64,000 nucleotides of DNA. Source: an uncultured Bacillota bacterium (GTDB taxonomy: Bacteria > Bacillota_I > Bacilli_A > RF39 > UBA660). Under the pieces are notes generated by a model, which was given only the letters and a program-made list of their open reading frames with translations, was not told the origin of the DNA and ran no database searches. The stretch spans positions 37,153 to 101,152 of the forward strand of contig CAUAFL010000001.1 of the NCBI GenBank assembly GCA_958428295.1. The letters run 5' to 3'. The position numbers and the translations under genes were made by a program. Shown piece by piece: positions 43,526 to 53,900 of the stretch (within the stretch, counting starts at the first letter, position 1; each line of letters opens with the position of its first letter).

Positions 43526-44404
43526 ATGGGTGTGAAGGTTGATGGTTATATTGATTTATTAAATAGATATGCTTTATATGGAGATAATGGTTATTATGTA
43601 GATCCACAAATGATACATAGAATGGTTGTTGATGAATTAAAACTATCAATGTCTTTTGAAAGTATTGAAGTGTTTGTAGAAACTTGCAAAATTACTTTAA
43701 CAGAAGAGGAAATAGAAAATTTTTTAGATAAAGTAATGGATGAGGAGAAACCAACTTTAAAAGAACAATTGAACCAACCTTATAAACCAAATTCCAAAAA
43801 TATTTTAGAGTGTACAAAAGAAGATATTCATAAAGCTGCTAGCGCATTTGGAACTGAAATTTTGAAAAGTCGTTATGTATTTGAACCATATTCGTTGCAG
43901 TATTTTAAAAAATATACCTCTATTTTAAAAGAAAAGTGTGGAACACTTCTTGAAATATTGAATGATTTGATTAAGATTAAAGATGATACTATCCAAGAAG
44001 AGGAGTGGGATCGTATTATTGATTTAGATTTCCATATAAATGAATTTGGTGATGTTTATTTTAGTGACATTGAACGTTTAACCAATGCTATTATTTATAA
44101 TGTTTCTGATTTGTATGATAAAGTTGCTAAAGGAAATAGTGTACAAACCTATTTAACATGTAAAGTTTCTAAGGATAGTATAGCGCGAGCGGGAATCTTT
44201 GAAAGTGAGATTTATCCGAGCAAAGAAGTACAAATAAAAGATTTATATTATAGTTACCGATATGAATTTATTGCATTAAGTAATAGTCAGAAGGAAACTT
44301 TAAAAAAAGAACAATTAGGTAATTTTTCTAGGATGCTTGAGCAAGATTTATTTGATGATTATGCATCACCTTCTATTCCTATGTTAGTCAAAACGAATAG
44401 ATAA
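43526..44404 (+). CDS. hypothetical protein, ~293 aa
   Basis: ATG at 43526 follows an AGGAGG RBS; the ORF track starts at 43508. No recognisable domain. One R-x6-H is the only HEPN-like feature, which is weak. Confidence 0.45.
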   Translation: MGVKVDGYIDLLNRYALYGDNGYYVDPQMIHRMVVDELKLSMSFESIEVFVETCKITLTEEEIENFLDKVMDEEKPTLKEQLNQPYKPNSKNILECTKEDIHKAASAFGTEILKSRYVFEPYSLQYFKKYTSILKEKCGTLLEILNDLIKIKDDTIQEEEWDRIIDLDFHINEFGDVYFSDIERLTNAIIYNVSDLYDKVAKGNSVQTYLTCKVSKDSIARAGIFESEIYPSKEVQIKDLYYSYRYEFIALSNSQKETLKKEQLGNFSRMLEQDLFDDYASPSIPMLVKTNR

Positions 44405-44490
44405 AGTAGAAGAAAAAGTGTCTAAGTAGTCAATAAATAATGTAGAAAATTGTTGGGTACTTAATTAAAATATCTGTGAAAGTGATCTTA

Positions 44491-44525
44491 AAATTGTAGA
44501 TGAGCATCGAGTTAATTTTTGACTA
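44491..44525 (+). repeat. possible remnant of the tmRNA segment upstream of the T-arm (aattgtagatgagcatcgagttaatttttgac)
   Basis: It resembles tmRNA 32738-32772 (gcttgtagaagtttatgtagctctatttttggac). It lies in a 440-bp noncoding AT-rich stretch. Confidence 0.3.
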
Positions 44526-44844
44526 TAGACTAGTTATAAAAACAGTATTTTTTATATTTGTTAGAGCTTAGTAATTTGTAAGTGAATAATTTGAAAAGGC
44601 ATTTTCGTTGGAAAATGATCTTTTTTTATAACCTTTTCTTAAATCGTTTATCTGTCATTTTATTTTATTTTGTAACAGGCTTCGAATATTTTCCCAAATA
44701 CGTTTTTTGGAGAATCTTGTATATTTTTATGTTTTTGTTCATCATCATTTATGAATAAAATTATCAGTATGGCTGTTTTTTTAGTGTGTCATAGTTTCAA
44801 TCCTTTTGTAATAGAATTGTTTTGAATACTAAAAGAGGTAGTGT

Positions 44845-46113
44845 ATGAAAAAATTGAAACTTTGGCATTTTGCAGTTATTCTCGGTGTGGTATTAATAAT
44901 TGTTTATATGGTGCCATATTGTTGTATTACAATTAAGGTACATGGGGATCAGATCATGGAAGTTGATTATGCTGCTAGTTACCAGGAATTGGGAGCAGAG
45001 GCATCCTTTTTTGGAAAAAAGTTGCAGGTTACTATTACCGGAAAGGTGGATACTAGTAAATTAGCTACGCAAACTGTGCAATATGCAGTAAAGAATAAAT
45101 TAGGTGTTGTTAAAAAAGAAAAACGAATAATCAAAATTGTTGATCGGGTAGCACCAAAATTAACATTACAAGGGGAAAACGTGGTGACGATTCGTCAAGG
45201 AGAGAAGTATATTGATCCGGGATATACATTAATTGATAATGTAGAAGGAGATATTTCTAAGCGAGTTGTTATTTCAGGAAAAGTAAATTCTGATAAAATT
45301 GGAACTTATGAATTAAAATATGTAGGAAAGGATAGTTTTGCGAATGCAAGTAGCGCTAAAAGAACGGTGAAAGTCATTGCTAAAGAGATAAGTTATATTG
45401 ATGCTTATGATAATATTGATAATTCGGCTCGGACTTGGTGGAGTGGCAATAAAAAAGATAATAAAATTCCTTTGGAGGGCGCCGCTGCAACAAAAGAGGA
45501 GCTTAAGAAATATCAAGCTTATTATTTAGGTCCAGATGACAAGGTAATTTATTTAACTTTTGATGAGGGAAGTAATGATACTTATGTAAAAGAGATTATG
45601 GAGGTACTTAATAACAATCAGGTCAAAGGAACATTCTTTTTCTGTGGAAATTATGTGGTAACTAATCCTGAAGTGATGAAAGCGCTTGTTAAAAGCGGCC
45701 ATTCTGTGGGAAATCACACCTACCATCATAAGTCGATGTATCAGTATGCCACTAGGGAGAGTTTTCAACAGTTCATTCAAGAAATACGTGATGTGGAAAC
45801 GGCTTTTTATGATATTACAGGAACTAATATGGATAAGGTTTATCGGGAACCTCGTGGAGATTGGAGTTATCGCGATTTACAAATTGTTAAAGATATGGGA
45901 TATAAAACTTTCTTTTGGAGTGCTGATTATTATGATTTTGCAGGAACTACGGCTAAAGAAATCGCACTTACTAGTTGGCTACAAAAATATCATAATGGTG
46001 CTATTTATTTAATCCATCCAAAAAATAAGGGTAATTATGAAGCATTAGATGATTTTATTAAAGAAATGAAAAAAAGAGGATATCGATTTGATTTAGTGAA
46101 GAATATTACGTAA
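44845..46113 (+). CDS. membrane-anchored polysaccharide deacetylase (NodB domain) with an Ig-like (DUF5011-type) domain
   Basis: N-terminal TM helix and an Ig-like domain (DRVAPKLTL...DPGYT..DNVEGDIS). The NodB catalytic motifs are present (LTFDEGSND...HSVGNHTYHH). It is PdaA/YlxY-like. Confidence 0.7.
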   Translation: MKKLKLWHFAVILGVVLIIVYMVPYCCITIKVHGDQIMEVDYAASYQELGAEASFFGKKLQVTITGKVDTSKLATQTVQYAVKNKLGVVKKEKRIIKIVDRVAPKLTLQGENVVTIRQGEKYIDPGYTLIDNVEGDISKRVVISGKVNSDKIGTYELKYVGKDSFANASSAKRTVKVIAKEISYIDAYDNIDNSARTWWSGNKKDNKIPLEGAAATKEELKKYQAYYLGPDDKVIYLTFDEGSNDTYVKEIMEVLNNNQVKGTFFFCGNYVVTNPEVMKALVKSGHSVGNHTYHHKSMYQYATRESFQQFIQEIRDVETAFYDITGTNMDKVYREPRGDWSYRDLQIVKDMGYKTFFWSADYYDFAGTTAKEIALTSWLQKYHNGAIYLIHPKNKGNYEALDDFIKEMKKRGYRFDLVKNIT

Positions 46114-46178
46114 ATATTCTTTTTTTGAGCTATATTTTTCACTATTTTGCTCATACTACAAAGGAAAGGAGAATAAAG

Positions 46179-46406
46179 ATGAATGTAAATTATCAACAAG
46201 TACCCAATATTATTTCAGGAAAAGATTTAGACTATCTATCAGATATGTTCAATTGGAATTGTGGCGCTTATAAGAAAACGAAAAATTGTGCACAGCAAAT
46301 CCAAGATCAGGATATTAAAAGTATGGTTGAGAAAGCTTCTAATGTTTTTTTGGATAATACCAATGCAGTATTGACTATTTTACAAGGAGGTAAGGTTAGT
46401 GAATAA
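46179..46406 (+). CDS. Coat F-domain spore coat protein (CotF/YhcQ-like)
   Basis: ATG at 46179 follows an AAGGAGAA RBS. It is small and alpha-helical, and the DLDYLSDMF...CAQQIQD motif resembles the Coat_F family. Confidence 0.5.
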   Translation: MNVNYQQVPNIISGKDLDYLSDMFNWNCGAYKKTKNCAQQIQDQDIKSMVEKASNVFLDNTNAVLTILQGGKVSE

Positions 46407-46713
46407 TCAAGTTTCTAATCCTAAAGTAGAAGTCCCTAGTGGAATGCAATTAAATGATAAGGATTATATCAATGATTTATTAAGTTGCTTAAAAAGTATG
46501 GAAAAAGATTATGTTGTTGCTTTAACAGAAGCTAGTAATGAGGCTTTATATCAGCAATATAAAGAGATGTTTAATCAAATTAGTCAATTGCAAAGAGAGA
46601 CTTATGAATTGATGTTTCGTTATGGCTGGTATAGTATAGAAGAGGCACCATCTGAAAAGATAAATAGTAAATACCAGATGTTATCACAAGAGTTTCAGAG
46701 TTTGGGTGAATAA
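46399..46713 (+). CDS. Coat F-domain spore coat protein (second copy)
   Basis: GTG start with an AAGGAGGTAAGG RBS. The DKDYINDLLSCLKSMEKDYVVALTEASNEALYQQY motif is typical of Coat_F proteins. Confidence 0.55.
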   Translation: MNNQVSNPKVEVPSGMQLNDKDYINDLLSCLKSMEKDYVVALTEASNEALYQQYKEMFNQISQLQRETYELMFRYGWYSIEEAPSEKINSKYQMLSQEFQSLGE

Positions 46714-46740
46714 GTTATTTGATGTTCAAATAACTTTTTC
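46712..46740 (+). terminator. rho-independent terminator (11-bp stem aagttatttga-tgt-tcaaataactt followed by a T-run)
   Basis: Perfect inverted repeat followed by ttttt. Confidence 0.65.
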
Positions 46741-46762
46741 TTTGTTATAATAAGAAAGTAAA

Positions 46763-48265
46763 GTGGGTGAACAAGTGGAAAAGGTTGTTTCAAAACAAGT
46801 CATGCAAGCTAGCATTGATGCGATTACTTCTAGAGTTTCTGTTATCACATTATTGAATCAAGTAGCCCAAGAAGTAGCTTCGCAATATCCTTTTAAAGGA
46901 AAGGTAGCTATTATTTGTGGTACAACAGATCAGGCAGGAATTGGTTATGCTTTAGCTCTTTTGTTGAAAAAACAAAAAGTTGAGGTGTCGCTATATCTTG
47001 TTTCTTTTTCCTTTACTTTTTCTAGTAAGTATTATTTTGATTTGTGTATTTCAGCTTCTATTCCTTATCAGGTGTTTACAGAAGAAGAAAGGTTTATGGA
47101 CTATGATGTGTTGGTAGATGCTATTTATGGATTGTCTTTTGCTAGTTATTTGTCTACGGAAGAAAGGTTTGTTATCCAAAGAATTAATGAGAGTAATAAG
47201 TTTGTGATTAGTATTGATATTAATAGTGGTCTTAATGCTGATAATGGTTTAACTGACTTGTGTGTTATTTCAGGTTTAACTATTTCCTTAGGCTGTTATA
47301 AACCGGGTCATTTTTTAAATATGGCGAAAGATAAGATAGGAAAATTAATTTGTTGTAGTGAAGGTCTTGACCTTGTGGGAGAAGTCTATACTAAAATGGA
47401 AGCGAAAGATTATGCTGGAGTGTTAAAACCGCGTCTTCATAATTCTCACAAGGGAACGTATCAAACCGTAGGTATTATCGGTGGTTCTATATCATATAGT
47501 GGTTCTATTAAGCTTGCCAATTTGGGTTTATCAGCTTTACGATCAGGTTGTGGTGTAGCACGTTTGATAGTCCCAGAGTCATTAACAAAGGCAGTGTTAC
47601 CTTATTTACTAGAAAGTACTTTATTTCCTATTCCGGATAAAGAGGGGCAGATGTTATTTGTTCCAGCAGCCTTTGATCATGCTTTGGATAAGGTTGCTGC
47701 TTTGTTAATTGGAATTGGGTGGGGAAAAAGTTTGGACTATGTCAAGATTTTAACTTATCTTCTTACCAATTATCACTTTTCAGTCGTGATTGATGCAGAT
47801 GGTATTAATACTCTTGCGGAAATGGATTTAGCGATTTTGAAGGAGACAGCTTGTTCGGTTGTTTTGACACCACATGTCAAAGAATTTTCACGACTTAGTG
47901 GCTATTCCGTTACTCAGATTTTCAAAGATCCTATTCATTTAGCTTGTCAATTTGCCCATAAATATGGCGTGATTATACTGTTAAAAGGGCCGACCACCAT
48001 CATTACTGACGGCAAAACAGTCCATTTAGTTGATCGTGGTAGCCCAGGGATGGCTACTTCTGGTAGTGGTGATGTGTTAGCGGGAATTTTAGTAGGCCTT
48101 TGTGGATTTAATGCGATGAATATCACTACTGTTAGTTGTGCTGCTTATATACATGGACTAGCTGGGGAGCTCAAGGAGGCCTCTTCTAATGCTATTAGTA
48201 TGATTGCTTCTGATACTGTTTCCTATGTTCCTCAAGCTATTACAGAAATATTGAAGGAGTTTTAA
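46763..48265 (+). CDS. nnr: bifunctional NAD(P)H-hydrate repair enzyme (epimerase/ADP-dependent dehydratase)
   Basis: YjeF-N domain (VAIICGTTDQAGIGYALA) fused to a carbohydrate-kinase-like YjeF-C domain (GIIGGS...GSGDVLAG). Confidence 0.8.
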   Translation: MGEQVEKVVSKQVMQASIDAITSRVSVITLLNQVAQEVASQYPFKGKVAIICGTTDQAGIGYALALLLKKQKVEVSLYLVSFSFTFSSKYYFDLCISASIPYQVFTEEERFMDYDVLVDAIYGLSFASYLSTEERFVIQRINESNKFVISIDINSGLNADNGLTDLCVISGLTISLGCYKPGHFLNMAKDKIGKLICCSEGLDLVGEVYTKMEAKDYAGVLKPRLHNSHKGTYQTVGIIGGSISYSGSIKLANLGLSALRSGCGVARLIVPESLTKAVLPYLLESTLFPIPDKEGQMLFVPAAFDHALDKVAALLIGIGWGKSLDYVKILTYLLTNYHFSVVIDADGINTLAEMDLAILKETACSVVLTPHVKEFSRLSGYSVTQIFKDPIHLACQFAHKYGVIILLKGPTTIITDGKTVHLVDRGSPGMATSGSGDVLAGILVGLCGFNAMNITTVSCAAYIHGLAGELKEASSNAISMIASDTVSYVPQAITEILKEF

Positions 48266-48266
48266 A

Positions 48267-48899
48267 ATGCAAGATATTATTATTCAATTGATGAATCAGT
48301 TTGGTTATTTGGGCGTTTTCTTTTTAATTGCTGTGGAAAATATTTTCCCCCCTATTCCTTCAGAAGTGATTTTGGCATTTGGTGGATTTATGACAACGTA
48401 TACTACGTTGAATATTCCTTTGATGCTTCTATTTTCAACATTAGGATCACTTAGTGGGGCGATTATTTTATACTATATTGGTAAACTTTTAAATAAGAGA
48501 CGTTTAATCAAATTGATCTCAGGAAGACTTGGTAAAGTTCTTCGTTTAAAGGCACAGGATATTGAAAAAGCGGATCATTGGTTTGATGAAAAGGGGAATA
48601 AAAGCGTATTTTTTTGTCGTTTTGTTCCTATTGTGCGTAGTTTAATTTCTATTCCTGCTGGTATGAGTGATATGCCTTTTGCTAAGTTTTTGTTATATAC
48701 TAGTGTTGGTTCTGCAATTTGGAATGCCGTGTTATTAATTATTGGCAATATGCTCGGTGACCATTGGGGAACGGTTGTTGCTGTTATGGATAAGTTCTCT
48801 TTGTTAGTATTAGTACTGTTGTTGATTGTTGTGTTGGGCTTTATTATCTTTTTCAGACACAAGCGCTTTTCTTCAAAGAAGGCGAGTAAAAAGTCTTAA
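48267..48899 (+). CDS. DedA/SNARE-associated family membrane protein
   Basis: Polytopic, with DedA-family motifs (ENIFPPIPSEVIL, F.RF.P..R). Confidence 0.65.
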   Translation: MQDIIIQLMNQFGYLGVFFLIAVENIFPPIPSEVILAFGGFMTTYTTLNIPLMLLFSTLGSLSGAIILYYIGKLLNKRRLIKLISGRLGKVLRLKAQDIEKADHWFDEKGNKSVFFCRFVPIVRSLISIPAGMSDMPFAKFLLYTSVGSAIWNAVLLIIGNMLGDHWGTVVAVMDKFSLLVLVLLLIVVLGFIIFFRHKRFSSKKASKKS

Positions 48900-48985
48900 A
48901 TTTCGGCAATTCTCTTTGTTGTTAAATAATTGGTCTGTTTTTGAGATCATTATGATATACTAATAACTGAAGAAAGGATGAATTG

Positions 48986-51292
48986 ATGTTAGAATTAAAA
49001 AAAATTAAGAAAAGTTATCGAACAGGTGATTTTGTTCAACATGCATTAAAGGGAGTTAGTCTTTCCTTTCGTAAAAATGAATTTGTAGCAATTTTAGGAC
49101 CATCAGGTTCAGGTAAGACAACTTTGTTAAATATTATTGGTGGTTTGGATCGTTATGATAGTGGAGATTTAGTCATTAATAATAAAAGTACTAAAAAATT
49201 TAAAACCACTGAATGGGATGCTTATCGTAATAATTGTATTGGCTTTATTTTTCAATCTTATAATTTAATTAGTCATATCAGTGTTTTAGAAAATGTTGAA
49301 ATGGCTATGACTTTAAGTGGTTATCATAAGAAGGAACGTCTTAAAAAATCCAAGGAGGCATTACAAAGAGTAGGCTTACAGGAGCATATGCATAAAAGAC
49401 CTAATCAGTTATCTGGAGGTCAAATGCAGCGGGTAGCAATTGCTCGGGCACTAGTCAATGATCCAGATATCATTTTAGCAGATGAACCAACTGGAGCGCT
49501 TGATTCGAATACTAGCAAACAGATTATGGATTTAATCAAAGAGATTGCTAAGGATAAGTTAGTAATTATGGTGACACATAATCCTGAGTTAGCACAGGCC
49601 TATGCTACCAGGATTATTGAATTTAAAGATGGTGAGATGGTCAAGGATTCTAATACGGTTACAGAAGAGGAAGATAAAAAAGGAACAGTTCATATTAGAA
49701 AGACGGTATTGAGTTATTTTTCAGCTCTACATCTATCTTTTAATAATATTAGGACTAAAAAAGGTCGAACTTTTCTCACTTCTTTTGCTGCATCGATTGG
49801 TATTATTGGTATTTCGTTGATTTTGGCACTTTCTAATGGTTTTCAAATAGAAGTAGATAATTTTGAAAAAGAATCTTTATCGCAGATGCCTATTACAATT
49901 ATGCAACAGGCAATGAAGATGGATGAAGAGACGATGGAACAACAGATGAAAGAACATCACGACAGTACCGATAAGTACACTGATAAGCAAGTTGTTAGGC
50001 CTATTGATAACTCAATTACAGCCTTAACTCATAATAATAAAATTACGACAAGTTTTATTGATTATGTTAAGAAGATGGATACATCTTTATTAGGTGGTGT
50101 TTCTTATCAAAGGGCAACAGCTTTAAATATTGTTACACAAAAGAGTGATGGTAGTTATCAGAAAGTAAGTACAGGAACAACTCAAATGGATATGTGGGGA
50201 ATTTTCCCCACTAAAGTTAGTGACAAAGAAGCATCTATTGTTGAGGATAATTATGATTTGTTGGCTGGTAAAATTGATAGTACCGAACCAGGACTTATTT
50301 TACAAATAAATTCTAAAAATGGTGTTAATAGTACACTTCTTGAAAGTTTAGGATTTGATATTTCTAAAGATGTAAGTTTTGAAGAATTGCTTGGCAAAGA
50401 ATTAAAAGTAGTTTTAAATGATGATTATTATCAAAAGATGGGATCTTTCTATTTACCTAAGACGGATATGGCAGCACTTTATCAAAGTGAAAATTCTATG
50501 TCTATTAAAATCAGCGCTATTATTCGTGGTAAAGAAGATAAAGAGATGTTAACTTCTGGTAGTGGTATGTATTATACCGGAGCATTGGTAGAAAATATTA
50601 TTGATCAAAATAAGGATTCTGCAATCGTTAAGGCGCAAGAAGAAGTAGAGTATAATATTATGACAGGTGCTAGTTTTGATGAGGAGACATCTAAGGAAAC
50701 TTTTTTATCTTACTTAGGTGCAGATACCGTCCCAGTAGCTATTTATCTTTATCCTAAGGATTTTGGTAGTAAAGATCAAATCTTAGATTATTTAGATGCT
50801 TATAATAAGGGAAAGTCTTCTGAAGATCAAGTTCTTTATACAGATATGGCTTCTATGATGAGCTCTCTTTCAGGAAATATTATGGATGCTATTACGATTG
50901 TATTAATTGCTTTTTCCTCTATTTCGTTAGTAGTTTCCTGTATTATGATTGGTATTATTACTTATATTTCAGTATTGGAACGAACGAAAGAAATTGGAAT
51001 TTTACGAGCTTTGGGTGCTAGAGGTAAGGATATTACTAGGGTGTTTAATGCCGAAACTATTATTATTGGCTTTTGCAGTGGTATGTTAGGGCTACTTATT
51101 GCTTATTTATTAACATTTCCTATTAATATTGTTATTGAAAATTTATCAGGTTTAGCAGGAGTGGCCAAATTGAATCCACTTCATGCTCTTGCATTATTAT
51201 TGATTAGTATTATTTTAACGGTTATTAGCGGCTTTATTCCTGCTACTATGGCTAGCAAAAAAGATCCAGTGATCGCTCTTAGAACAGAATAA
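48986..51292 (+). CDS. fused ABC transporter ATP-binding/permease protein (MacB/FtsX-like)
   Basis: N-terminal ABC ATPase (GPSGSGKTT, LSGGQMQRVAIARAL) and a C-terminal FtsX-type permease with a large extracytoplasmic loop. Confidence 0.8.
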   Translation: MLELKKIKKSYRTGDFVQHALKGVSLSFRKNEFVAILGPSGSGKTTLLNIIGGLDRYDSGDLVINNKSTKKFKTTEWDAYRNNCIGFIFQSYNLISHISVLENVEMAMTLSGYHKKERLKKSKEALQRVGLQEHMHKRPNQLSGGQMQRVAIARALVNDPDIILADEPTGALDSNTSKQIMDLIKEIAKDKLVIMVTHNPELAQAYATRIIEFKDGEMVKDSNTVTEEEDKKGTVHIRKTVLSYFSALHLSFNNIRTKKGRTFLTSFAASIGIIGISLILALSNGFQIEVDNFEKESLSQMPITIMQQAMKMDEETMEQQMKEHHDSTDKYTDKQVVRPIDNSITALTHNNKITTSFIDYVKKMDTSLLGGVSYQRATALNIVTQKSDGSYQKVSTGTTQMDMWGIFPTKVSDKEASIVEDNYDLLAGKIDSTEPGLILQINSKNGVNSTLLESLGFDISKDVSFEELLGKELKVVLNDDYYQKMGSFYLPKTDMAALYQSENSMSIKISAIIRGKEDKEMLTSGSGMYYTGALVENIIDQNKDSAIVKAQEEVEYNIMTGASFDEETSKETFLSYLGADTVPVAIYLYPKDFGSKDQILDYLDAYNKGKSSEDQVLYTDMASMMSSLSGNIMDAITIVLIAFSSISLVVSCIMIGIITYISVLERTKEIGILRALGARGKDITRVFNAETIIIGFCSGMLGLLIAYLLTFPINIVIENLSGLAGVAKLNPLHALALLLISIILTVISGFIPATMASKKDPVIALRTE

Positions 51293-51343
51293 TATTGAAA
51301 AATAAATAAGACTTTGCTATAATGCTAATTAGCAAAGTTAATT

Positions 51344-51419
<76 letters not shown>

Positions 51420-51429
51420 TTATGATTTT

Positions 51430-51450
51430 AACCCTTATTTTATAAGGGTT
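51430..51450 (+). terminator. hairpin after tRNA-Thr (aaccctta-tttta-taagggtt)
   Basis: 8-bp perfect stem with a weak T-tract. Confidence 0.4.
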
Positions 51451-51733
51451 TTACTATGAATTTTTGTTTTCAGGTCTTAACGAAGTCTTATTTTTTAAAT
51501 TATTCAATTTATCAACTGTGATTTTTTTCTTTTCAGGGAACATATGATAGTAAGTTTTTTCTATCATCCTTATTTTCAAAAATGATAAAAGTCGTATGGA
51601 AAGCAGTAAGACAAAAATCTGGTGGACTCTTCGTTAGAAAAGGTGTATGATAAGTTTGTCAAATAAATAGATATTTCATTTGGTTTCTTTTGAAAGATTA
51701 AAGGGGTATTCTGAAGAAAATTGTAAGAAGTGA

Positions 51734-51958
51734 GTGATTTTTATGTATTCATGGCAAATAGAAAGGTTGATTAAGTTAAGGAACGAACTTTTGGAGGCAA
51801 AGGAATATTTAGAGATTTCGGATGTAGTAAAAAATCCTCAGATTACACATATTGTCTATAATAGTGAAAGAGATATTTTTCAAATTTATACTAATGATGA
51901 TTATTGTCTAAATTTTAAAGTAAAAAAGCTTGAAAATAAAGAAACGAGAGAAAGTTAA
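51734..51958 (+). CDS. hypothetical small protein (74 aa)
   Basis: ORF only, no recognisable features, so the coding call is uncertain. Confidence 0.3.
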   Translation: MIFMYSWQIERLIKLRNELLEAKEYLEISDVVKNPQITHIVYNSERDIFQIYTNDDYCLNFKVKKLENKETRES

Positions 51959-52007
51959 ACTTTTTCTTTTTTTTTAACTGTTGTATAATGGAGGAAGGAG
52001 GAGTTTT

Positions 52008-53888
52008 ATGTTTAAAAACAAGTATTGGCAATTTTTTTTAGCTTTATTAACGTCTCTTGCCCTTTGTTTAGATAAAAAAGTAATTTATGAGAAAACAGGA
52101 GATGGTCTTGCCTTTTTTCGCTTTGATTTTTTAATGATGGCTTTTCTTTCTTTGTTGTTGTTTTGGTTTTATCGAAAATATGGTAAAGGAAAATTGCATC
52201 CTTTAAAGCAATGTTTGGCAGGTTTGTTTGCTGTCTTTATAGTTTTTGGTAATAGCTATGAACAAGTGGGTTCTTGGAATTTAATTTTTTCTACGATTCC
52301 TTTAATAATAATCAGTTGTTTTCAGGTATTTTGTTATTATTTTCTTTTCTATCATATATTTTTAGTGCTTGATCATCTTCTTGAAAAAGGTATAAAGAGT
52401 ACTTGCTCCGTTAAAAAGAATGGTTTGGTAGGACGTTATCTTACCTTGTTTAAGAAGCATCCGTTTCTTATTAGCCTAGTGACGATTATTATTTTGTGGT
52501 CATTTTATATGATTGCCTTTTATCCTTTAATCTTATCAAGAGATCCCAGTTTTCAAATTAAGCAGTTTTTTAATGTTCCTACGAAATATATTGATTATGT
52601 AATTCCTCTTGATGTTAATGTTAATTTAACGAATCATCATCCGGTGCTGCATACTTTATTACTTGGTAGTTTTATTAAAATAGGTCGTTTTATGGGAAGC
52701 GATAATCTAGGGTTATTTCTCTATGGAATTGTTCAGGCCTTAATATTAGCCGTTGCTTTATCTTCTACCGTTCATTATTTGTATAAACGTAAAGGTAATT
52801 TGAAAAGTTGCATTATTTTATTACTTATTTATGGGATTGTTCCCTTCTTTCCTCTTTATGCAATGTCAGCTGTAAAAGATACTATTTATACGGCATTATT
52901 AATTTTTTATGTTTTATTTTTATTGGAGTTAGTGGAGAGAAAACGGGAGGATAAGTTATCTTTTAAGGGGCTGTATTTCTTATTTTTATTAATTTTGTTG
53001 ATGGCATTATTTCGTAATAATGGTCTTTATGTTATTGTTTTATCTTTTCCGTTCCTTCTTTTCTATCGTCGTAAGGAATTAGGTCGATTTAGTTTAGTAT
53101 TTCTTTTGTTTTTAGGTTGTTTTTTCTGTTATGACAAGGTATTATTACCCCATTTTAAAATTCCTGCTGGTAGCAAAAGAGAAGCTTTATCTCTTCCTTT
53201 TCAACAGACAGCTCGTTATGTGAAAGAACATGGTCAAGAAGTAACTCCTACTGAAAGAATGGCCATTGACAAAGTTCTTGGTTATGATGATTTAGGACAG
53301 CGATATAATCCGGTGTTAGCTGATCCTGTTAAAAATGCTTACAATAAATATACCACCTCTTCTGAATTGAAGGAGTACTTTAAAGTTTGGTTTAGTCAAT
53401 TACAAAAGCATCCAGGTAGTTATTTAGAAGCTACTTTACATAATACGTATGGTTATTTTTATCCAGGTACTACTAATTGGTATATTTATTATCGCTATAA
53501 TGCTCTGATTACGGAGGATAATTTAGTGGATTATCATTATAATAGTTTGTCACCTCTACGTTCTATACTTAGTGGTTTTGGACTTATTTTTCCTTATCTT
53601 CCTGTATTTGGCCTACTTTGTAATATTGGCTTTAATGGTTGGTTGTTATTACTTAGTTGTGTTTATCTTTGGTCACATCGAAAGAAAAAATATTTATTAG
53701 CACTTTCTCCGTTACTGGTTAGTTTTCTAATTTGTTTTGCTAGTCCTGCTAATACTTATTTTCGTTATAGTATGCCTTATGTTTTTGCAATGCCTTTTGT
53801 GATTAGTTATCTTTATCACTTGTTGGCAATAGATAATTCTGGGTTGAAAAAAAAAGGTGATAATGGTATTATTAAAACAGAAGAATAG
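52008..53888 (+). CDS. large polytopic membrane protein (>12 TM; possible GT-C-type glycosyltransferase or DUF6020-like)
   Basis: ATG at 52008 follows an AGGAGG RBS. It is very hydrophobic with many predicted helices and one large soluble loop. No catalytic motif identified. Confidence 0.5.
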   Translation: MFKNKYWQFFLALLTSLALCLDKKVIYEKTGDGLAFFRFDFLMMAFLSLLLFWFYRKYGKGKLHPLKQCLAGLFAVFIVFGNSYEQVGSWNLIFSTIPLIIISCFQVFCYYFLFYHIFLVLDHLLEKGIKSTCSVKKNGLVGRYLTLFKKHPFLISLVTIIILWSFYMIAFYPLILSRDPSFQIKQFFNVPTKYIDYVIPLDVNVNLTNHHPVLHTLLLGSFIKIGRFMGSDNLGLFLYGIVQALILAVALSSTVHYLYKRKGNLKSCIILLLIYGIVPFFPLYAMSAVKDTIYTALLIFYVLFLLELVERKREDKLSFKGLYFLFLLILLMALFRNNGLYVIVLSFPFLLFYRRKELGRFSLVFLLFLGCFFCYDKVLLPHFKIPAGSKREALSLPFQQTARYVKEHGQEVTPTERMAIDKVLGYDDLGQRYNPVLADPVKNAYNKYTTSSELKEYFKVWFSQLQKHPGSYLEATLHNTYGYFYPGTTNWYIYYRYNALITEDNLVDYHYNSLSPLRSILSGFGLIFPYLPVFGLLCNIGFNGWLLLLSCVYLWSHRKKKYLLALSPLLVSFLICFASPANTYFRYSMPYVFAMPFVISYLYHLLAIDNSGLKKKGDNGIIKTEE

Positions 53889-53900
53889 AGGGTATGATAT

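Noticed and set aside
44491-44525. Fifth tmRNA-fragment copy as a firm att site
   Set aside because: It matches only ~30 nt of the segment 5' of the T-arm, in AT-rich DNA, which could be chance. It is kept as a low-confidence repeat and is not used to define an island boundary.
51460-51733. Shared 'ttttcaggtcttaacgaag / tttcaggtcttcttcgtgg' motif (2614 and 51470) as a regulatory element
   Set aside because: It occurs only twice, and one instance is explained as a -35/-10 context. It is probably coincidental.
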